Assembly (NCBI RefSeq): GCF_009914755.1
Contig: NC_060944.1
Direction: 5' to 3' (one strand)
Origin: the human T2T-CHM13v2.0 reference genome, Homo sapiens
DNA: 64,000 nucleotides
Shown here: piece after piece, positions 1 through 23,141 of the stretch
Numbering within the stretch: position 1 is the stretch's first letter
Layout of the letters: every line of letters starts with the position of its first letter
Notes under the pieces: generated by a model
Databases searched by the model: none
What the model was told of the DNA's origin: nothing
The model's input: only the letters and a program-made list of their open reading frames with translations
Program-made: the position numbers and the translations under genes

Positions 1-38
1 TCGTGATCGGGCGAGCCGAGTCATGCTGGCAGATGGTA
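1..38 (-). CDS. NDRG3: NDRG3 last coding exon (exon 16), 5' part only: (I)PSASMTRLARSR
   Basis: Minus strand tctctgttacag|TA CCA TCT GCC AGC ATG ACT CGG CTC GCC CGA TCA CGA; phase 1; continues past the window start. Confidence 0.96.
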
Positions 39-1137
39 CTGTAACAGAGAACCAAGGGGACTAGAAGATGAAGCCCCGGTTAAGCCCAGCTAACCTAGGA
101 GTCTCATCAAAGTCTTTATGTTTAGCTTTTCCGACTCATTTACCATGACACCCAGGACAAGATATAGCCATCCCCATTTTGTATCATTTGCTCTAGGTGA
201 GTGGCGATATGTGAGGCCACTTTAATCCTTTAGATCTGGTTGGAATCTCAGCTGATTGTAGTCACCGCAGAACAAGGGGAAACCCTAAATCCAGAGTATA
301 GCCTCTTAACTATGCCCACACCATTCAGACAGTGACAGAATGGAGGCTTTGGGAACCCAAACAGGTAACCAAAACCTACAGTGCATGCAAGACTAAACCA
401 AAAGAAAAGAAAGACACACACACAAGTATGAAGGTGTTTCACAAACACAGTGCAAGCCCGATACAACGAGACTACCATCCGTGTCCACAGGCTACCTTGC
501 TACCAGGGAGGAGATTTGTAGGATGGTGCAGGTGAAGGGGAGGGCAGATTGGCTTGGAGCTGACCTCAACACAGGGATGAGGTACAGGTTGCCAGGGACA
601 GAGAAGCAGGTGTTTAACTCAGACTCCTGTTCTGCCACTGCTTGACTCTAAGGTCCTTCCAGCTTGGCTGGGACTGGGCCTTACCTGGCATAGCCTCCCT
701 GCCTATCGTCCTGGGCAGCAGCCACTCCCCTAGCTGTCATTTCAATGCTGGGGTCAAAAGGTGCTATCATCTGCAGAGTTCTCTGGGCACAGGCTCTGAC
801 CCTCCTATTTAGAGCCAAGGCTGCCCTTGGATTCCTGTGTCTGGAGGTTAATTCAAGGATCAGTAGGTGGTGGTGGAAGATGGGCCCTGCCTATCAAGTT
901 TCAGCTGCTGCTGTGACCCTGGATTTAGGATGACAAGAGGAGGCCTGCCCCTTACAACCAGATCCTTTCCTCCTCCTGGGGGACCAGGGCTGGACCTGTA
1001 GGCTAAATCTCTTGGGGCGTACTGAGCCACGTTCTATCGGGCTCTCACTGCATAGGAAGACCGCGGACATGCTGCAGGCAGCCAGTGCAGCCAGGAGAGA
1101 CTGGAAGGCGGGGCAGGGCCAGCACAGAGGAAGGTAC

Positions 1138-1176
1138 CTGACTCGGTGCTCAGGTGACTGAGCTGCACATACGGGA
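1138..1176 (-). CDS. NDRG3: Alternative 39-nt cassette exon between exons 15 and 16: (I)PYVQLSHLSTES(V)
   Basis: Acceptor ccttttcctgtgtccatcctgcttccag|TCCCGTATG...GAGTCAG|gtacct; phase 1/1, frame-preserving, no stop. It occupies the same position as the 13-aa alternative insert of NDRG4. Confidence 0.85.
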
Positions 1177-2190
1177 CTGGAAGCAGGATGGACACAGGAA
1201 AAGGCAGGTTAGTGACCCCAGAGTGCCAAGTGGCAACCTCAGCTGCCTGGTAGACACTGACAGAATACTCTAAGCCAGGGATAAAATTTTATTTTAAGGT
1301 CCCAGAGAGGAGGTGAGGCTGACAGATACTTCAATAACATCTCAAATGTTACTTTCCTCAACTAGACAAAGGCAATTGTTTTCCCCTCTGCTATAAACAG
1401 TCATCTTGCTTTGGATCAGAAGTGGGCTGGAAGATCAGCTATTTCATAGGAAAAGGATAAGAATGGACTAGGAGAGGGCCTCCTGCTCCTCCCAGTGAGC
1501 CACAGGGCTGTGGGTGTGGGCTCGGTTGGTAGCGGCTCACAGGCAAGGATGACACAGCCACTTGAGACAAGACATACATGGTCTGCCTGGCAGGTACAGG
1601 GCTGCACCCAGGGCCCAGCTGCCCAGAGCAGCTGACCAGACAGCTCGCCAATGACCATTATCCACACTAATACCAAAGACAGGAGAAAAATCACCCTACT
1701 GGGTAAAGAGCTCTGTACCTGGGTGAAAGAGTTTTTCTAAAAACTCCAAGAAAGGAGCAAGTGTAGATAATTCTGTGACCATGAAAAAGCTCAGAGGTCT
1801 TACAATACAAGAGACCAGGACAATGGCATATGATATGGACACACCCTTGGACTTGCTCTAAAACACTCTCCAAGTTCGTCCCCTGGGGTGGAGGAGACTT
1901 TACCAAGGATACTGCCCTTTTCTCCTGGAGTCTCCATTTCATTTCTCTAGGTCAGGAGTTATTAACCAGCTGAGTTTAAATGCAAATCATAATTTCAGAT
2001 TCACACCTAGGACAGCCTAAGCTGCAGGGGTTCAAAATGTGGGCTCTGGAGTCAGACTGTCAGGGTTTGAATCATGGCCCTGCAGCTGAATTTTTACCCT
2101 TGGCAATGTGCTTAGTCTCTTTGAGCCTCAGTTTCTTCTTCTATAAATTGGCACTAATAACAGAATGACTTCTTAGATTAAGAATATATA

Positions 2191-2532
<342 letters not shown>

Positions 2533-2696
2533 TTACAAATACGGACAAATGAATGTTCCATAAACATTTCAGTTTCTACTTTGCTTAAGGCTAGCTGCCA
2601 CAGAGGTTATATCTCAAGAATTGTGGGCTCCCAGATGTGAAACTGGCTCCCAATATTCCTAAATCGTTGCTAGATAGAAAGTTGTGTACTACTCAC

Positions 2697-2748
2697 TGTA
2701 GCCCATTCCCTGCAAAAAGTACTTGAAGGCCTCGGTGAGCTTCCCAGG
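2697..2748 (-). CDS. NDRG3: NDRG3 exon 15: PGKLTEAFKYFLQGMGY
   Basis: cccag|CCTGGGAAG...GGCTACA|gtgagt, 52 nt. Confidence 0.97.
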
Positions 2749-2833
2749 CTGGGGGGATAAAACAAGAGGGCATTAATTTTTGCATAGACAGAGAAGCAGA
2801 ATTAAATGGGTGTTTAAAAAAAATTCTCCTTAC

Positions 2834-2869
2834 CTGAACTACCTGGGGCAGTCCCCCACAGTCCGCCAT
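2834..2869 (-). CDS. NDRG3: NDRG3 exon 14: MADCGGLPQVVQ
   Basis: tccttttctag|ATGGCG...GTTCAG|gtaagg, 36 nt. Confidence 0.97.
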
Positions 2870-3382
2870 CTAGAAAAGGAAAAATATGCAAGTCAGCTGG
2901 GACTTACCCTTAAGAGAATTGCTCTGAACACCCCAAGTCCTTTCAAACAGAACAAGATTGAATTCTAGGTTTTAATGTTTAACTGCAAGTTTGCATCTCA
3001 ATGCACCTACGTACAAACATTTATAACCTTGGATGAAAATCTGAAATAATTATTACATACTTATTTATCAATAAGACTGAAGCCCTGACTTTCAGGCCCA
3101 TGGTGGGAATTTTCTGTTGAGGTGATAGTGAAGTTAACCACTACTCTCAACCATGAAAACCACCTGAAGAAGGTTCCTTTCAGAGCCCTCGAACAGTGTG
3201 ACCCTAACTTCTCTGTGCATCAAGCTTTCCAAGTCCCATTTCAACTCTACATTATCTTTCCTCCGTGAGTAAGGGCACTCTGCCATCAGGAGCTGATACT
3301 GATTCAGCCGGCTTGCTCAGTCAGCCACTTTCCTCTAATAGCTGGGTTTGGTAATGCTGCTTTTCACTTCATAAACATTTAC

Positions 3383-3890
3383 AGCTGGTTATTCTCACGT
3401 GTGCAAGGATTTCTAGGGTATGGCTTCATTAGTGTGCCCTGGAATTACCTGAAGGACTTGTTAAAACTCAGATTCTTGGATTCCTATCCCAGAGATTCTG
3501 ATTTGATAGGTTTGGGGTATGGTTCGAGATTGTGCATTTCTGGCCGCGCGCAGTGGCTCACACCTGTAATCCCAGCACCTTGGGAGGCCGAGGTCGGGGG
3601 GATCACCTGAGGTCAGGAGTTCCAGACCAGCCTGGTCAGCATGGTGAAACTCCATCTCTACTAAAAATACAAAAATTAGCCGGGCGTGGTGGCACACACC
3701 TGTAGTCCCAGCTACTCTGGAGGCTGACACAGAAGAATCACTTGAACTCATGAGGCAGAGGTTGCAGTGAGCCAAGATCATGCCACTGCACTCCAACCTG
3801 GGCGACAGAGTCCGTCTCCAGGAAAAAAAAAAAAAAAGGAACGTACATTTCTAATAAGATCTCAGGTGATTTGAATCTACTGTCCACAGA
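3383..3890. mobile_element. MER5-type hAT MITE split by an AluS (3542-3837, +)
   Basis: CTTGTTAAAACTCAGATTCTTGG...AGAGATTCTGATT...GCATTTCT, then the Alu, then CATTTCTAATAAGATCTCAGGTGAT. Confidence 0.7.
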
Positions 3891-4477
3891 AAAGCGTTTT
3901 TAGGGCATGTTGGCCATAGGCCTGCTCTCTTTCTTCCAGCTGTTACACACTCTGGACTCAGATGGTATTCTTCAGGCTGACTGGCTTTTTTTAAAAAGGA
4001 ACATGAACCCCATGGTTTCAATTCACTGGCATTAAAACTTATTATGAAGGGGGACTACTACTGAGGAGAATGCCACAGAAGACGCAGAAGTTTGAGATTA
4101 ACAAGGGAGAGGCCCCTGAAAATTCTAAGCATAAGATTATAAACAAACATTTAACAAATATACAAAAAAACCAAACCAGCACAGACTGTATTTTCATGAA
4201 GTTTAGGAGCTGAAACCTGATTAGAACACAGAACAGTTCCCATATGCAGAGAGAATACTGGGAGAAACTATTTCCAAGATGGGTACCTATCAAATGGTTT
4301 GAGAATCAGTTCAATCTGCCATAGGAGTTATCCACTCTATTCTATGGTGTTGTAGATGGGCATTTTTGCGAAAAATAACTATGTCTATGGTTACTGTAGG
4401 GTTTAGTTTTATGCTTTTGTATATTGATTCAAACCTGAAATGAGAAACTAATTTGAAACTATAAACTTAAAAAAAAA

Positions 4478-6235
<1,758 letters not shown>

Positions 6236-6263
6236 AAAAGGATTATTTTAAAAAGAGAATGAA

Positions 6264-6604
<341 letters not shown>

Positions 6605-6673
6605 TTATTCCAGAAAATATGATTAATCTGAAGCACATATAAGGGTTGGAAGTGAGGGAAGAAGGCACATTAC

Positions 6674-6721
6674 CTTTAGCAAAGTTGTATTTATAGGGTT
6701 CAGGCGGGAATTGCATTCGAC
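6674..6721 (-). CDS. NDRG3: NDRG3 exon 13: VECNSRLNPINTTLLK
   Basis: ttttag|GTCGAA...CTAAAG|gtaatg, 48 nt. Confidence 0.97.
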
Positions 6722-6783
6722 CTAAAATTTAAAAAAAGAGAAGAAAATAATTTTATGAGTTGCTAGGAAAAAAAACGAAATAG

Positions 6784-7196
<413 letters not shown>

Positions 7197-9809
7197 CGGG
7201 AGATATATTTATATGATATACTTTGATATTTCTGAGCAGATCTAAAAATTTCACTTATCTAATTTTCTGAATCTGTTACGTGTCTTTAAAAAACTACAAG
7301 CTGAATCTAAGTCTTCCTACTGACTAGCTATATAACATGAAAGTAGGTTACCTTACTTCTTTGAGAAATGGACTGGACCGTGGGTCCTCTCCTGCTGGGA
7401 TCTTTTAATGGCTTCTGAGTACAACTGGTTCTAATGACTAAGCCCTGGGCACCTCCCTTACCTCACTTTTCACCTCTTTCCTTAGTGGGTTTGCCATTCT
7501 TTATATCCTCACTCTTTTCTATCTCAAGGTCTTTGGCTATCCAGTCCAAAGTTGAACTCTTCTCATTTTTCTCTCATGGAGTCATTTAATTAAGAATCAC
7601 AGCCCTGTGCATTCACATGTCTGATATCGTGCACCCTTGTGTTCATGAAGGCAGGGATCTCAAAGAAAATGTTTTGGGGAGACAATCTGTTGGTTCCATA
7701 TTATTTTAGGGCTATTTTGATCAACTGGATTTCTCCGTTTATATGTTTGCTAAGAACACACATACAAAACCTGTGCTTAGAATCTGGATCCAGCAGGGTG
7801 AAACATGTAATACAAAGCAAAATGAAACCACTGCAAACACTTCACAACTGAGCTGAGTGAACACAGAAAGGAGTGGGATTTCTACAGATAGATAAAGGGA
7901 AAAGGTGAGTGTTTGAGGACTTCCAGAATCAAGGCGAAAGCATAAGCAAAGCCCCAGGGGTGGAACGGAATGGCTACCGAGCCAAGTGTGAGGTGAGGTA
8001 GACTGAAAGTGAGGCTGGGGCACAGGCTGGAGCTGACTGTGGAAGGTAGGATGCCACAGAAGGTGTCTGAAGTGACAGGATCTAAGTTGTTTTTAAGAGA
8101 GCAGTGGCCTACATGATAGACTGCAAGTGGCAGCAAGCAGTGGTTAAAATTACCTAGGCAAGACCCAGTAATCCAGATGAACTTTTAGTCTGGGGATTGC
8201 GGGTAGGCAGGTATACAAAACTCTTCTAAAATCAGGGATAATATAAAAGTCAGGATCACCAAATCGGAGTTTTGATTTGCTCTATACAAAGGACAATGCA
8301 GGCAGTGACAAACAAATGTACCCGTTCACTACAGAATGCGCATTAACTCTAAAAGGTAGAATTTAAAAACTGGATCCCTAACTGCTAGGCACAGTGCTTA
8401 GAACATAGTAGATAGACTATAAATATTTTCTGGAAGAGTGAACTCTCAAATCTGGATTTAACATAATAAATCATGCTTTCCTTGGTTCACTACTTTGCAA
8501 TTTCAACAACATTATAAGAAGTCTTGATACCTAGTAGAACAACCACAATCACTGTTTTTTCTTTTTCTTTTTTTTTTTTTTTGAGATGGAGTCTTGTTCT
8601 GTCTCCCAGGCTGGGGTGCAGTGGCACGATCTCAGCTCACTGAAACCTCCGCTTCCTGGGTTCTAGCAATTCTCTCGCCAAGTAGCTGGGATTACAGGTG
8701 CATGCCATCACACCCAGCTCGTTTTTGTATTTTTAGTAGAGACAGGGTTTCGCCATGTTGGCCAGGCTGGAACTCCTGACCTCAGGTGATCCACCAATCT
8801 CGGCCTCCCAAAGTGCTGGGATTACGAGCGTGAGCCACAACCACTGGTTTTTGACATCTACTTTCTCCTCAGCTGCCTGAATCTTACTCATTTTCATATT
8901 CTTCATAGCACTGAGTAAATAGGAGATGCTCAAAATATGATGTTGAATGAATAAGTAAGCAAGAATAGTTACTGCAGTTACTGACAATGACTAGAATTTG
9001 TAGAGTTTCTTCTTGCTCTTCCATGCGTGGATATTCCTCTTAATCCCCACACACTTGTGGGATAAAATGCTCTGGCAGGGGAACTAGGTTTGACTGTGTA
9101 TGAAAGAGCATCTACTTGTGGTATAGACAGGGCTCCAGAATTCTCATAAACACTGAAGATGTGGAAATCAGAAAGAGGGAGAGGCCTTATCTATATGGCC
9201 AAATTATTACAGTCTTGAAAAATAACTGCAAAGGTTGCTTTAAGTCCACACAATTTAAAAAAGGCAAATGACTAGATCCAAGATGAACAGAAATACTAAG
9301 CATTGTAAGGAAATTCTGATTAGGAATATTTTCTAAAAATATTTTCCTGTATTAAGTATATATGTTCATTTAAAAATGCTTTTGACAGTTTGGCAGCATG
9401 TATCTCCACCTTTTTAGCCAGAAAACACTGACCTTTATAAAGTTGCTTCTTGATAAATTGGGGTCACCACTATAACCTTTTTACCTCTGGGGAATGTTTT
9501 TTGAGGAAGGGGAACTGAGGGTTATTGGCCTCTATGTGCAAGTCATGCCATGTATTTCACAACAGACACGTAGTGTTTTACAGGGCAGTTCAGGGAGATG
9601 CGAATGTTATCCTTTCACATCTGCATATTCTCACCCTACAAACATTTCCCCACTCCACAAACCTTCTCAACTATGTCTACACCTCTGATTATTTGCTAGA
9701 CTTCCTTTCCAAAAAGCTTTACTCCATAATGTTTTGCTCTATTTAGGGCAGCCAAAGAAATCAAGTAATTTCACAGAGATATTTAGTTAAGTTATATATG
9801 CTGTAGGAA

Positions 9810-10720
<911 letters not shown>

Positions 10721-11012
10721 GCTATGTCCTTCAGAAGGAGGCAGAGGTGGCCTTCCAGCCTGCTGGATTTATGGTGGTAATCTATTCCAGATTAAAGGCT
10801 GAGGCTGTCAGAAATCTGACAATAAGTAAATGGTGTTTAGTTGTACTACTTGCCACAAAGTGAACTACACAACACAAAGCAATCAAGAAAAAAACTGATC
10901 CCATCTAATGAAATCTAAGGATAAATTAATTTTCCAAAATGTATGACAAAGAGCAAACCCTGATATGTGCAATCAGAAAGAACAAAAACTAGTATTTACC
11001 GACTGTTTCTAG

Positions 11013-11344
<332 letters not shown>

Positions 11345-11382
11345 TGATCTCATTCATCTTCACAGCATGAGGACATACTTAC

Positions 11383-11434
11383 CACAGCCTCAACTGCAGG
11401 CGAATTGTCCCCTACCACCAGTAAAGTAGAACAC
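11383..11434 (-). CDS. NDRG3: NDRG3 exon 12: (K)CSTLLVVGDNSPAVEAV
   Basis: gcctacctag|GTGTTCT...GCTGTG|gtaagt, 52 nt. Confidence 0.97.
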
Positions 11435-11572
11435 CTAGGTAGGCAAAGTAAGAGGTGTCACTCAGCAAATAGGCACATAAATTCCACTGAACACCAAATT
11501 AGTCTATGAAAGTCTATGAACACCAAATTAGTCTATATTTGGCAAGTCAGCTGAGGAAACTGAGGAACTTAC

Positions 11573-11638
11573 TTTAATGTTTTTGATTTGTTATCATTTT
11601 GGCCCAGTATGGGTCTTTCGATCTCCAGGTCTCTGCGT
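11573..11638 (-). CDS. NDRG3: NDRG3 exon 11: (G)RRDLEIERPILGQNDNKSKTL(K)
   Basis: tttttctag|ACGCAGA...TTAAA|gtaagt, 66 nt. Confidence 0.97.
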
Positions 11639-11938
11639 CTAGAAAAACAAAGCAGAAGCAATGCCCTTTTTGGGTAAAGTCATAGCAACTCAGGTTATTT
11701 TCTGGTCATAAACACCAAAATTTATCAAGGAATGCGAAACTATCTTTCCTTCACACCTGAGAAGGGAAGAGGCCCTATGACTTGGTTCTTGAGTCGCCAT
11801 TTCAGTGGCATCCTGGGTGGTATGGAGCAGGAAGGAAGCTCTTGGCTCAACCCTGAAGGACTCTTTGGGATGCTACAAGGAGACAGCCTCAACACCCAAC
11901 AGCAACACCACTGAAACTCTCAAGTCCTAAGTGTTTAA

Positions 11939-12116
<178 letters not shown>

Positions 12117-12625
12117 TAGAGATGGGGTTTCACTATGTTGGCCAGGCTGGTCTTGAACTCCTGACCTCATGATCCGCCCACCTCGGCCTCCCAAACTGCT
12201 GGGATTATAGGCATGAGCCACCACGCCCAGCCCTAAGTGTTTAATTTACAGGAATAAATTCCTTAAGAGAATGACTTACACTTTGAGGAGGGGGGAGGGG
12301 TGTTTTCCTTGTAACTGAGTTTAGCACAGGGCTTAATCTTTCTGATTTCAACTAAAAATAGGGAGGCTCTGTTATACAGAGGAAAGAGCTAAAGAGACAA
12401 GGTTCAAAATCTGGCTTTACTCCTTACTGGCTGTATAATTTTGGGTAAGTTACAGCTGATCCATTTCCTCAATCTTTGTCCATGTTTCTAGAAAGCCAGA
12501 AGGGGCTCACATTTTCACCTCGGAGAAGCTGGTCCCAAGATTAGATACAGTCCTCTCTCCTTCTCCCACCCTCCTCTTTTTAGAACCTGTTTACATTTAA
12601 GTGAAGAAACAGGAAAAAACTATAC

Positions 12626-12729
12626 CCATTGTAGGAATTCAAGAAGAGCTGCAGGTTGTCTTGGTTGATGTCTTGGGCAATATGCATTCTGTAGGTTTGG
12701 ATCAGGTCCAGGTTGGCCTGTAACTCTTC
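12626..12729 (-). CDS. NDRG3: NDRG3 exon 10: EELQANLDLIQTYRMHIAQDINQDNLQLFLNSYN(G)
   Basis: ttgttctag|GAAGAG...AATGG|gtatag, 104 nt. Confidence 0.97.
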
Positions 12730-13619
12730 CTAGAACAATTGAAAGAAGACATGGGTAAGCTTCTGAGCTCCAGAATAAGTCCATCTTGTTTGGTTTGCAT
12801 TTTCATTACCACAAGCCAAATCGTGCGGCTCATGATGGGAACTGGGGCAGAGCCTGGGGACTACTGATGTACTGGTAGGCTGAATGACTGATTATTTGCA
12901 TCAGACTGGTTCAGTGCTATATTCTGTGTCAGATGAGGGCAGCAAAAGACCTATTATGGATTCAAGTACTAGCTGTGGAACTTAGGTCACCTCGTCACTC
13001 TGAACCCTGATTTCTTTGTATGTTTTTTTAATGTTCTGCCATTCTTCACAAAAACAGAGATATTGTAAAATGAAGACAATAACCAGCTATCTGACAAGGC
13101 TGTTTTAAAGATTAAGTAAGAAAAGTTATATAAACATATAAACCATAAAGTGTAAAACAAATGGAATGTAACATTTCTTTTCTTTTTTTATAAGATGGAG
13201 TCTTGTTCAGTCACCCAGGCTGAGCAATGGCGCAGTCTCAGCTCACTGCAACCTCCACCTCCCGGGTTCAAGCAATTCTCCTGCCTCAGCCTCCTGAATA
13301 GCTGGGATTAGAGATATGCACCACCATGCTCAGCTAATTTTTTTGTATTTTTAGTAGAGACGGGGTCTCACCATGTTGGCCATGCTGGTCTTGAACTCTT
13401 GACCTCAAGTGATCTGCTGCACCTGGCTACATTTCTTTTAATAACCATAAATCTTTAATAACCATAAATCTATAGCTTCACTGATATAATCAGCATATTA
13501 CCTATCTATATATACCACCATTTAATATTACACATTGTATAATTATATATTCCATTGCGTTTATGACACTTTATTGATTTAGTAATTCATTATTTATTTT
13601 AATCTTTTAAATTTTATTT

Positions 13620-13776
13620 TAGAGATGGGGACTCACTACGCTGCTCAGGCTGGAGTGCAGTGGCTGTTCACAGGCACTATCATAATGTACTGCAGCTTGG
13701 AACTCCTGGGCTCAAGATCCTCCTGCCTCAGCCTCCTGGGGAGCTGAGACAACAGGCACACTCAACTGTGCCTGGC
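13620..13776 (-). mobile_element. FAM (fossil Alu monomer)
   Basis: Monomer that keeps the 7SL-like GGCTGTTCACAGGC segment absent from dimeric Alus. Confidence 0.75.
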
Positions 13777-14293
13777 TCATTTATTTTAATCTTATTACCA
13801 ATACTTTTAAAGGTATAAAATACGAGAGAAACAAAATGGTCTATGCAGTGAAAAGTCTCCCTCTCCACCACCCACTGTTTAATGGTCACTCTGTTGCTGG
13901 CCTTCTCAGATGTCATCAGAGCTAGCTGCCAGATTCTTGAGTACATAAGCATACATGTAAATACGTGTGTGCATACACACAACATCAATAAGCAGTTTTA
14001 AGCATAAAGAAATTGCATTGGAGGAAAGAAATATATCAGGGATAATTAAGAAGTCCGTTAATCCAGGGCAATGTGTAAAGTTCACCACCAAGACTTGTTA
14101 GAGAAATAGAGACATGGAAAAAATTTCTTCACATTTTCACAACCATGTGGATGAAATGAACCCAGAATACAGCTGGAAATTGACAAGCGTCTACCTGAAA
14201 CTGAAGGGTACGCGAATCACTACTAGAAAACTTTGTGAGAGTCCCAGTCTCATTCTAAAGGTATTATAATAAGAAAAGTGAATACCAAATGAC

Positions 14294-16237
<1,944 letters not shown>

Positions 16238-16249
16238 CTAATTTGTAGT

Positions 16250-16625
16250 ATATTAATACAATGAACTGCTGCTACACAGTAATAAAAAAGAATGAACTAC
16301 TGACACATGGAATGACATGGATGAATCTCAAGACAGTATGTTAAGCAAAAGAAGCCAGACTCAGAGAAGTACACACTCTGTCATTCCATTTATATGAAGT
16401 TTCAGAACAGTCAAAATTAATCTATGGAGGTAACAGAATAGTGAAAATCTTGTTTGGGGTGGGGAATTATTGAGTGGGAAAGGATAATGAGGAAACCTTT
16501 GTGGGGTGATGAAAATGTTTTGTGTTCTGGGTGGTAGTTACATGAAACTATATACATCAGTAAATGGTCACTGAGGTGCACTTAGGATGTGTGCATTACA
16601 CTATAAGTATTACCTCAATTAAAGA
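16250..16625 (+). mobile_element. L1M 3' end fragment
   Basis: AAAAAGAATGAACTACTG...ATGGATGAATCTCA...GGGGTGATGAAAATGTT...TACCTCAATTAAA. Confidence 0.75.
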
Positions 16626-17678
16626 GAGGGCAAGATGGAGGCAAAACTCAAAGGAGTCAGCTGGAAGAATTAAAGTGGTTGCCACTAAAAAGCAGAATAT
16701 GGGGTAGGTGACAGATTCTTTGTAATAAGCCCTATAGAACTTCTCTACTCTAAAATATATGTGAATTTGTAACTTTGATAAAAATATGATGAAATAAAAG
16801 ACTGTGGATTTTGGACTTGGCCTGACCTGGATTCAAATGTCAGCTCCACACTTACAATCTGGATAGTGGTGGCAAGTTATGTTGCCTCTCTGGTCTTTGG
16901 TTTCCCTATCTTAAAATCAGACTAATAGAACCATGTAAAAAACAACTTGGTTTGCACATCTAAAGTATTATAAATAATCAGTACTCGATAAATGCTAGTT
17001 TTCTTCCCATCTGCCATTTTCCTTCAGATAACATTTAAAATTAAGCAGAAAACAATTGAGCACCCACTCTCGTCTCCCCATTCTAGACACCTCACAGCTT
17101 TCTGACCTCACTGCTCATTTACTCCATCACTCCTTTGTCAGTCACCCAACTCACTTTTCCCTTTGAAGAAGACCAGGTTCCCCCTCACCTACCAATTAAG
17201 CTCCCTCCCCTACCCAGCAATTATGAACACGATAACTGCCACTTTCTGTGAAGACTTGTTTCCTCACCAGTTGAAAAACATGGGGCTTGAACAAGATAAT
17301 CTCTAAGCTTCTTTTAGCACTATTATTTCAAGGTTTTTCCCCCTGAAATTTCTATTTCTGTGAAGCCTTTCCCAGACCTCCTAATGGCTCTAAAGATGTT
17401 TGGGGAGGCACGTGATGTCAAACATTAACAGATGGCATTCTACTTACAGGAACAGGTAGCAGGAGATGCTGTCTTCTCTCATAGCTCCACATGTCAACAG
17501 CTATGTGGCAATGAGTTAAAGATTCACCTTTGCAGGGCCACATGCCTTTCAGACTACATTGGAACTGTTACTTGCTAGGATCAGGTAAATTCTAAGGCAG
17601 CCCTTCTTTCCTAAGGTAAAATAAGAATTTGCATGCAAGCCAATAAACACAGCTCTTCTGGGTGGAACAGGTACTTAC

Positions 17679-17735
17679 CTGCCCAAAGTGATGAGCCAAA
17701 ATAATGTCCACAACATTGGTTGTCAGGCCAGAGAG
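17679..17735 (-). CDS. NDRG3: NDRG3 exon 9: LSGLTTNVVDIILAHHFGQ
   Basis: tcttttcag|CTCTCT...GGGCAG|gtaagt, 57 nt. Confidence 0.97.
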
Positions 17736-17858
17736 CTGAAAAGATAAAAACTCTGTGTTAAGAATGTAAGCATATGCAAAAATTTATCAAGCTGCCCAAT
17801 TAAAATGAGTGCACTTTATTATATATGTTATCTCTTTAAAAACAAATGAAAAACCCTT

Positions 17859-23117
<5,259 letters not shown>

Positions 23118-23141
23118 TAGCATAGGTGAGTTGAATGCAAG

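Noticed and set aside
7345-7470. Donor-like motifs on the minus strand (GAG|gtaagg, AAG|gtaacc); similar ones near 50775 and 59950
   Set aside because: There is no convincing upstream acceptor or open-frame partner, and such motifs are expected by chance.
13437-13471. Small tandem duplications (TTTAATAACCATAAATC x2; also TTTAGGGAAAGATTT x2 near 52548 and several inside Alus)
   Set aside because: Ordinary slippage products far from splice signals, with no functional hint.
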